Made by a program: the position numbers and the translations under genes. 64,000 nucleotides of DNA, from positions 248,695-312,694 of IMG/VR virus record IMGVR_UViG_3300037502_003770; one strand, 5' to 3'. Shown piece by piece: positions 58,462 to 64,000 of this stretch (its first letter is position 1; each line of letters opens with the position of its first letter). The notes beneath the pieces were generated by a model. That model made no database searches, had not been told where the DNA came from, and worked only from the letters and a program-made list of their open reading frames with translations.

Positions 58462-59066
58462 TAGACTTAACTACATTAGTACAAAAATATAATTTAAAAA
58501 TTAAAGGAATAATACATGTAGGTTCACATGAATTAGAAGAATTACCTAAATATAAAGAAAATAATGTTGATAATATTATTTGGATAGATGGTAATCCTGA
58601 CTTAGTTAATAACGCTAGAAATAATTTTCCTGATGAAAAAATATTTCATTATCTAATATCTGATTCAGATGATAAAGAAGTTACATTTAATATCTCTAAT
58701 AATGGACAATCAAGCTCTATATTAGAGATGGGAACTCATAAGAATTATTATCCTTCAATTCATTACATAGATACAAAAGTATTAAAAACTAATAAATTAT
58801 CAAGTATAATTATTAATGAAAATATAGATATTAATTCATTTAATTTTTTAAACCTTGATATACAAGGGGTTGAATACGAAGCTTTAGTTGGTTTAGAGAA
58901 GTATATAGATAATATAGATTATATTTATACTGAAGTTAACTTTCAGGAAGTATATATCAATTGTAAAAAAGTTGAAGAAATAGATAATCTACTTAATAAT
59001 TTTACAAGAGTCGAAACAGCTGATAGTGGAGCTGGCTGGGGAGATTCTTTCTATATTAGGAAATAA
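58455..59066 (+). CDS. FkbM-family methyltransferase
   Basis: IIHVGSH and FLNLDIQGVEYEAL motifs. Confidence 0.88.
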   Translation: MLIDLTTLVQKYNLKIKGIIHVGSHELEELPKYKENNVDNIIWIDGNPDLVNNARNNFPDEKIFHYLISDSDDKEVTFNISNNGQSSSILEMGTHKNYYPSIHYIDTKVLKTNKLSSIIINENIDINSFNFLNLDIQGVEYEALVGLEKYIDNIDYIYTEVNFQEVYINCKKVEEIDNLLNNFTRVETADSGAGWGDSFYIRK

Positions 59067-59072
59067 AATTTT

Positions 59073-59693
59073 ATGAAAAAAAGAGTTTGTGTTGCCCATT
59101 ATAATGAAGACTTAGATTGGTTAAAAAAGATTAATAATGATATAGATATTTTTGTATATCATAAAAAGGATAATAATCTTGATTATAATCAAAAAGTAAT
59201 TTTAGATAAAAATAATTTTGAATTAAGAAATGTTGGTCGAGAATCACATACTTATTTAAAACATATTATTGATAATTATGATAATTTATGCAATATTGAA
59301 TATTTTTCACAAGGCTATCCATATGAGTATGATTTTGTAAATATTATCAATAATGATAATGTATCAGAATATAAACAATATAGTAATTATCATTGTACTT
59401 TTTTTTCTAAAAACGGTTATATAACCGAACATATGAAAAACGAGAATTATCCTGATACAATTGATATATGGAATAATTTATTTAATTATCCACCACCAGA
59501 ATTAACAACAATCATACCACATGCTTTTATTAAACTTAATAAAGAAACAATATTAATACATGATAAAAGTGTTTATATTAAATGTTTAGAATATTTTAAA
59601 GATAATGAAAAAAATAATTTATATGGATGGTCTTTTGAATATTTTTGGGCTTTACTTTTTAATGAACATCATATAATAAAACAAGATGTATAA
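59073..59693 (+). CDS. DUF3431-family protein
   Basis: VAHYNEDLDW and NVGRESHTYLKHIIDNYDNL motifs. Confidence 0.85.
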   Translation: MKKRVCVAHYNEDLDWLKKINNDIDIFVYHKKDNNLDYNQKVILDKNNFELRNVGRESHTYLKHIIDNYDNLCNIEYFSQGYPYEYDFVNIINNDNVSEYKQYSNYHCTFFSKNGYITEHMKNENYPDTIDIWNNLFNYPPPELTTIIPHAFIKLNKETILIHDKSVYIKCLEYFKDNEKNNLYGWSFEYFWALLFNEHHIIKQDV

Positions 59694-60774
59694 CTATATT
59701 ATAGTAGGTTCAGGTTTTTTTGGTTCTATTTGTGCTAGAGAATTAACAGACAAAGGTTATAAATGTCTAGTTTTAGAAAAAAGAAATCATATTGGTGGAA
59801 ATTGTTTTACTGAAAAAAAAGATAATATTCATATACATACTTACGGTCCACATATTTTTCATACATCTAATGAAAATGTATGGTCTTGGATAAATAAGTA
59901 TGTTTCTTTTAACAATTTTACTTTAAGACCAGTTGCTAATTATAAAGGTGAAATATATTCTTTACCTTTTAATATGTTTACATTTTCAAAATTATGGAAT
60001 ATAACTAAACCCGAAGAAGCATTTGAAATAATTAAAAAACAAAGCCAATATATCGGTGAACCAACTAATTTAGAAGAACAAGCTATTAAATTAGTTGGTT
60101 CAGATGTTTATGAAAAACTAATAAAAGGTTATACAACTAAACAATGGAAAAAAGAACCTAAATACTTACCTAAAGAAATTATTAAAAGATTACCAGTAAG
60201 ATTTACTTATGATAATAATTATTTTAATGATAAATATCAGGGTATTCCTATTGGTGGTTATACACAAATATTTGAAAAACTTTTAGAAGGAATTGAAGTT
60301 AGATTAAATATTGATTTTTTTGAAGATAAACAATATTGGTTAGAAAATACTGAAAAAATCATATATACTGGTCCAATTGATAAATTTTATAATTATAAAT
60401 TTGGTTATTTAGAATATAAAACAACCAGATTTGAAACTTATAGAAAAGAAATTGATAATTATCAAGGTACTGCAATGATGAATTTTACTGATATTGAAAC
60501 TAATTATACTAGAATAATAGAACATAAACATTTTGATTATATCAACAATGATATTACTTGGATAAGCTACGAATACCCTAATGAATATATTCCCAATAAA
60601 ACTGAACCCTATTATCCTGTTAATGATTTAAATAATAATAGTTTATATAATAAATATTTTGAATTAAGTAAAAATGAAAAAAATATTTATTTTGGTGGAA
60701 GATTAGCTGAATATAAATACTATGACATGCACCAAGTTATAGAATCAGCTTTAAACTTTGTTACTAATTTATAA
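59686..60774 (+). CDS. glf: UDP-galactopyranose mutase
   Basis: IVGSGFFG, HIGGNC, YGPHIFHT, TRIIEHKHF, EPYYP and GRLAEYKYYDMHQ motifs. Confidence 0.96.
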   Translation: MYNYIIVGSGFFGSICARELTDKGYKCLVLEKRNHIGGNCFTEKKDNIHIHTYGPHIFHTSNENVWSWINKYVSFNNFTLRPVANYKGEIYSLPFNMFTFSKLWNITKPEEAFEIIKKQSQYIGEPTNLEEQAIKLVGSDVYEKLIKGYTTKQWKKEPKYLPKEIIKRLPVRFTYDNNYFNDKYQGIPIGGYTQIFEKLLEGIEVRLNIDFFEDKQYWLENTEKIIYTGPIDKFYNYKFGYLEYKTTRFETYRKEIDNYQGTAMMNFTDIETNYTRIIEHKHFDYINNDITWISYEYPNEYIPNKTEPYYPVNDLNNNSLYNKYFELSKNEKNIYFGGRLAEYKYYDMHQVIESALNFVTNL

Positions 60775-60792
60775 GAAAACTCAAATAAAAAT

Positions 60793-60801
60793 ACTATTTA
60801 A
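60793..60801 (+). promoter_or_regulatory. Promoter motif variant ACTATTTAA
   Basis: 19 nt before the ATG at 60820. Confidence 0.5.
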
Positions 60802-60819
60802 TCATAAAGATTTTCCTTT

Positions 60820-61122
60820 ATGATTTTTTTATATCTAATTAAAAATATTGATAATAGTACATACAAAATAGGTGTTTCTAAAAACCCTTCTCTTAGAATA
60901 AAGCAACTTCAAACAGGTAACGCTTCTAAATTAGAATTAATTCATAGTTTTAAAACTACTTTTCCTTATAAAATAGAATCTTCTTTACATAGGAAATATT
61001 CTTTACAAAATATTCATAATGAATGGTTTCAGATGTCTTCAATTGATATAGAAGATTTCTTAAATGAATGTAAAAGATTAGACAAAGTTTTTCATGTCTT
61101 AAATGAAAAAATTACTATTTAA
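60820..61122 (+). CDS. GIY-YIG-like (T5orf172/MUG113) domain protein
   Basis: YLIK...YKIGVSKNPSLRIKQLQTGN...EWF. Confidence 0.85.
   Translation: MIFLYLIKNIDNSTYKIGVSKNPSLRIKQLQTGNASKLELIHSFKTTFPYKIESSLHRKYSLQNIHNEWFQMSSIDIEDFLNECKRLDKVFHVLNEKITI
61114..61122 (+). promoter_or_regulatory. Promoter motif variant ACTATTTAA
   Basis: 16 nt before the GTG at 61138. Confidence 0.5.
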
Positions 61123-61137
61123 TTAAAAATATTTAAA

Positions 61138-62661
61138 GTGGATAGTAATACTAAAGATTTTTTAAAACAACTTAATGAAACAAAATCTTTTAAAAAGAAA
61201 ATAGATTTATGTAATCAAAATTTACAAAAGTTAGGTGTAGGTTCTTCAAGAATTGTGTACGATTTAGGTGATAATAAGGTTTTAAAATTAGCAAAAAATG
61301 CTAAAGGTCTTGCTCAAAATTCAGTAGAATGGGATATGTATAAATATAGTGGTGAGATTGAATTATTAAATATTACATATGAATGTGCTGATGATGATAG
61401 TTACGTTATAGCTGAAAAGGCTAATAAAATTACTAAAAATAAATTTGTACAATTAACACATATTCCTAATATAAAAGATATATATGAATTAAGAGATGTA
61501 CTAAATAATTGTCTTAGAGTATATTTTTATCCAAGAAATTCATATCCTAATTTAACAGATGAACAAGTTGCTTATTACAATGATTTATTAGAAAATAACG
61601 ATTTTATTTCTTCTTTAGTTACTTTAATTAATGATTTTAGAATACAACTTAATGATTTATTAAGACCAGCTAATTTAGGTATAATAAATGAAAATGGAAA
61701 AGAAAAACTTGTAATAATAGATTATGGTTTTAATGATGATGTGGCTAGGAATAGTTATGGTTATAAAAACGTTGGTATGTATGAAAATTTAAATGAATCA
61801 AATATTGTCTCTGAGGTTTCTCTTTCTTTAATAAATGAAATTCCTAAAGGAAATACATTTCATGATAAATATACTCCTTCTTATTATAATGAATTAAAAA
61901 AAGATATACAAGCTAATGGAATTAAAGAACCGATTACATTAAAATATTATTATGAAACTAATACTTTAGAATTAGGTGAAGGTCATCATAGACTACAAAT
62001 AGCAAATGAACTTAATTTAAAAACAATACCTGTTCAAATAAAAGTTATATATAAAGGAAAAATAAATACAACTTCTTTAAAATCTTTTGATAAAAATAAA
62101 ATTTTTCAAGCACCAATAAAATTAGATATTGAAAAGTATGAGAAAAGAAATTATTTTCCAACATATATAAATCCCTCAGAAATAGGGTTAATACAAAATT
62201 TAAACGAAAATAAATATATGAATACAAATAAACAAAAACTAAGTCAACTGATAGAATCAGTTGTAAAAGAAGAACTAAAAAAAGTTCTTAAAGAACAGCA
62301 AGAAGAACAATTATCTTCTCAATTAGAAGATGATTTTCTTTCTTTAATAAGTAATTTAAATGAAGAATATGAATCTGAACTTGATTATAAAGATATTGCA
62401 GAAGATATTAAAATTATAAAAGAACCTAAACAAATTCTAAATTTTATATCAAAACATATCAAAGGTTCTTATAATTTAATTAAATCTTATATGTCAAAAG
62501 GAATGTCAGTTGCTTTAATTGCAAGTATTTTAGGTGGAACAATTCAATCATGCGCTGTTTCAGGTGGTTGCAAACAAAGAGGAAGTTTTTCTAATTTTCA
62601 AAAATCAAAACCAGGAAAAAAGATGTCTAATAAAAGACATACTAGACCTCAAGGTTGGTAA
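61138..62661 (+). CDS. Protein-kinase-like + ParB/Srx-like fusion protein
   Basis: LGVGSSRIVY (Gly loop), VLKLAK, DLLRPANLG and IIDYG, followed by IKEPITL...GEGHHRL; many [LI]-x-E motifs. Confidence 0.72.
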   Translation: MDSNTKDFLKQLNETKSFKKKIDLCNQNLQKLGVGSSRIVYDLGDNKVLKLAKNAKGLAQNSVEWDMYKYSGEIELLNITYECADDDSYVIAEKANKITKNKFVQLTHIPNIKDIYELRDVLNNCLRVYFYPRNSYPNLTDEQVAYYNDLLENNDFISSLVTLINDFRIQLNDLLRPANLGIINENGKEKLVIIDYGFNDDVARNSYGYKNVGMYENLNESNIVSEVSLSLINEIPKGNTFHDKYTPSYYNELKKDIQANGIKEPITLKYYYETNTLELGEGHHRLQIANELNLKTIPVQIKVIYKGKINTTSLKSFDKNKIFQAPIKLDIEKYEKRNYFPTYINPSEIGLIQNLNENKYMNTNKQKLSQLIESVVKEELKKVLKEQQEEQLSSQLEDDFLSLISNLNEEYESELDYKDIAEDIKIIKEPKQILNFISKHIKGSYNLIKSYMSKGMSVALIASILGGTIQSCAVSGGCKQRGSFSNFQKSKPGKKMSNKRHTRPQGW

Positions 62662-62724
62662 TTTATTAACAAATTTATTAAAAAATTATAATATAGCTTC
62701 TAATAAACAGAAGCTATATTTTTT

Positions 62725-63279
62725 ATGAATGAACAAAACGAATCAAACAAACTAAACGAAGAATTTGTAACCATACCAAAATCTTTAGAATTAAAATTTC
62801 CATCAGCTTTACATACTGTTGATATGACATTAATTTATAATCATTTTAATTGGAAAAAATTTAAGTTTGAAACTTATTTTCTTTTATGTAAAAAACATTC
62901 TGAATTAGATAAACCTTATTGGAGGTTTTCAGGTGGTTTTTATGATGTATATAAAGATAAAACTTTAGAAGAAACCGTTATAAGAGAATTTAAAGAAGAA
63001 ACAGGTATTGATATTTCAGGTTGTGAAATTGAATATATTTCTTCTCACTTAATAGATGATGAAAGATATAAAAAATCTCAACATAAAATTGTAACCAGTT
63101 TTTATGGAATTGAATTATATGATAGAGAAATCTTTAATAAAGATTTAACTTTACAAGGTTTCGATGATGTTGCTTTAGTAAAATGGTTTGACTTAAATTC
63201 ACCAGATATTGAAGAAATAATAAATCCAATACATTTAGATTTGTTTAATGATTTAAAAAGTATTTACGCAAGAAGATAA
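62725..63279 (+). CDS. NUDIX hydrolase
   Basis: SGGFYD...TLEETVIREFKEETGI Nudix box; TVD and DDVA motifs of ADP-ribose-type NUDIX enzymes. Confidence 0.88.
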   Translation: MNEQNESNKLNEEFVTIPKSLELKFPSALHTVDMTLIYNHFNWKKFKFETYFLLCKKHSELDKPYWRFSGGFYDVYKDKTLEETVIREFKEETGIDISGCEIEYISSHLIDDERYKKSQHKIVTSFYGIELYDREIFNKDLTLQGFDDVALVKWFDLNSPDIEEIINPIHLDLFNDLKSIYARR

Positions 63280-64000
63280 TGAATAACGCACAATATAATA
63301 ACCCAGTTAATTACAGAATTCAAGAATTAGTAAAGAATATTAATGATTCTGATATATATGGTATCTTTTCAGAAAGTGGTATTGGTTTAGGGCAAGCGTT
63401 CTTTAATTATAAAGATGCTTCTAAAACAATTTATTTTTCAGAAACACCATATTCTAAAGATTATAATATTTCTAAATATAATAATCATAACATGAGATTA
63501 GTTTCTCGTGAAGCAACTGAAAACACTATTAAAGTTCTTGAAGAACAATACAAAGATGAAGATAAAATAAACTTTTATTTATCAGCAAGTTTTCAAGTAG
63601 GTGAAGATTGTATTAATCATGGTTGGGTTTCTTTTAAATATAAAAATCAGTTATTTTCTTTTCATTTGAGTAGTCATTTTTTTAGTAAAATAACTTCTAA
63701 TCATGAATTTACTTTAGCTATTTTAATATTAATTAATAATTATTGTCTTTATAAAAAAGAAAAATCAATATTTAATAATACTAATGTTGATAAAGTATTT
63801 AAAAACAATAAAGAAGTTGCATCTGTTGAAATGTTAACAGATTTATATGAAGCAAATCTTAATACATATTTATTTTTTAATCAAAATAATGAAAATGTTC
63901 AATATGAACAATATCTAAGAAGTTTATCAAATAAAGAATATTATGTTTTTAAAGGTTCATTTAATCCTTTACATAATGGTCATCTTGAAATGATAAATAC
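63279..64000 (+). CDS. HxGH nucleotidyltransferase (NadD/NMNAT-like), 3'-truncated, missed by the ORF track
   Basis: Hand translation is open from ATG 63279 to the window end; contains ASKTIYFSETPYS and ends FKGSFNPLHNGHLEMIN. Confidence 0.78.
   Translation, partial: MNNAQYNNPVNYRIQELVKNINDSDIYGIFSESGIGLGQAFFNYKDASKTIYFSETPYSKDYNISKYNNHNMRLVSREATENTIKVLEEQYKDEDKINFYLSASFQVGEDCINHGWVSFKYKNQLFSFHLSSHFFSKITSNHEFTLAILILINNYCLYKKEKSIFNNTNVDKVFKNNKEVASVEMLTDLYEANLNTYLFFNQNNENVQYEQYLRSLSNKEYYVFKGSFNPLHNGHLEMIN

Noticed and set aside
61806-61817. Partial match (TGTCTCTGAGGT) to the candidate TnpB guide segment TGTCTCTCAGGT
   Set aside because: It is only 11 of 12 nt with no flanking match, too short to claim as a target.
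13583-62728. Shadow ORFs in the track (13583, 14049, 15361, 20531, 34000, 34235, 37670, 38360, 46693, 50783, 51415, 52939, 56137, 62045 on the minus strand; 62534 on the plus strand)
   Set aside because: They lie antisense to, or out of frame within, well-supported genes and show no recognisable motifs or coupling.
1-64000. Stop-codon reassignment as in some large Bacteroidota phages
   Set aside because: Long conserved genes (NrdA, DnaB, hub, Glf) are full length under the standard code, and no suppressor tRNA was found.

Overview
A 64-kb segment of a very AT-rich, large tailed dsDNA phage genome (jumbo-phage-like). The neck genes are T4-like and the baseplate genes are of the contractile-tail type. 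It uses the standard genetic code. The host is probably Bacteroidota (DUF4494 gene, Q-rule signal peptide, DDLPF-tailed SSB-like protein, A-rich starts with no Shine-Dalgarno). Layout: neck and possible lysis genes (1-5.4 kb); a minus-strand operon (5.4-13.2 kb) headed by a SNF2 helicase; a wHTH gene followed by twin triloop hairpins; baseplate/tail genes (14.5-25 kb); replication/recombination genes (SSB-like, RecA, 5'-3' exonuclease, vWA protein, DnaB); nucleotide metabolism (GMP reductase-like, HD nucleotidase, dNMP kinase, ThyX, NrdAB, thioredoxin) with two paralogous DNA methyltransferases; a tRNA cluster split by a solo TnpB; a glycan-biosynthesis cluster; a kinase-ParB fusion; and NUDIX plus an HxGH nucleotidyltransferase running off the end. 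The standout feature is the operon's tandem array of 20 small genes (60-96 aa). They share a roughly 14-aa N-terminal leader (M-x-I-x-I-x-x-x-N-hydrophobic-x-Y-x-E, with Y-x-E present in every member) fused to bodies that are mostly unrelated. A DNA methyltransferase and an ATP-grasp enzyme sit inside the array. All family assignments come from motif recognition by eye; no database search was run.
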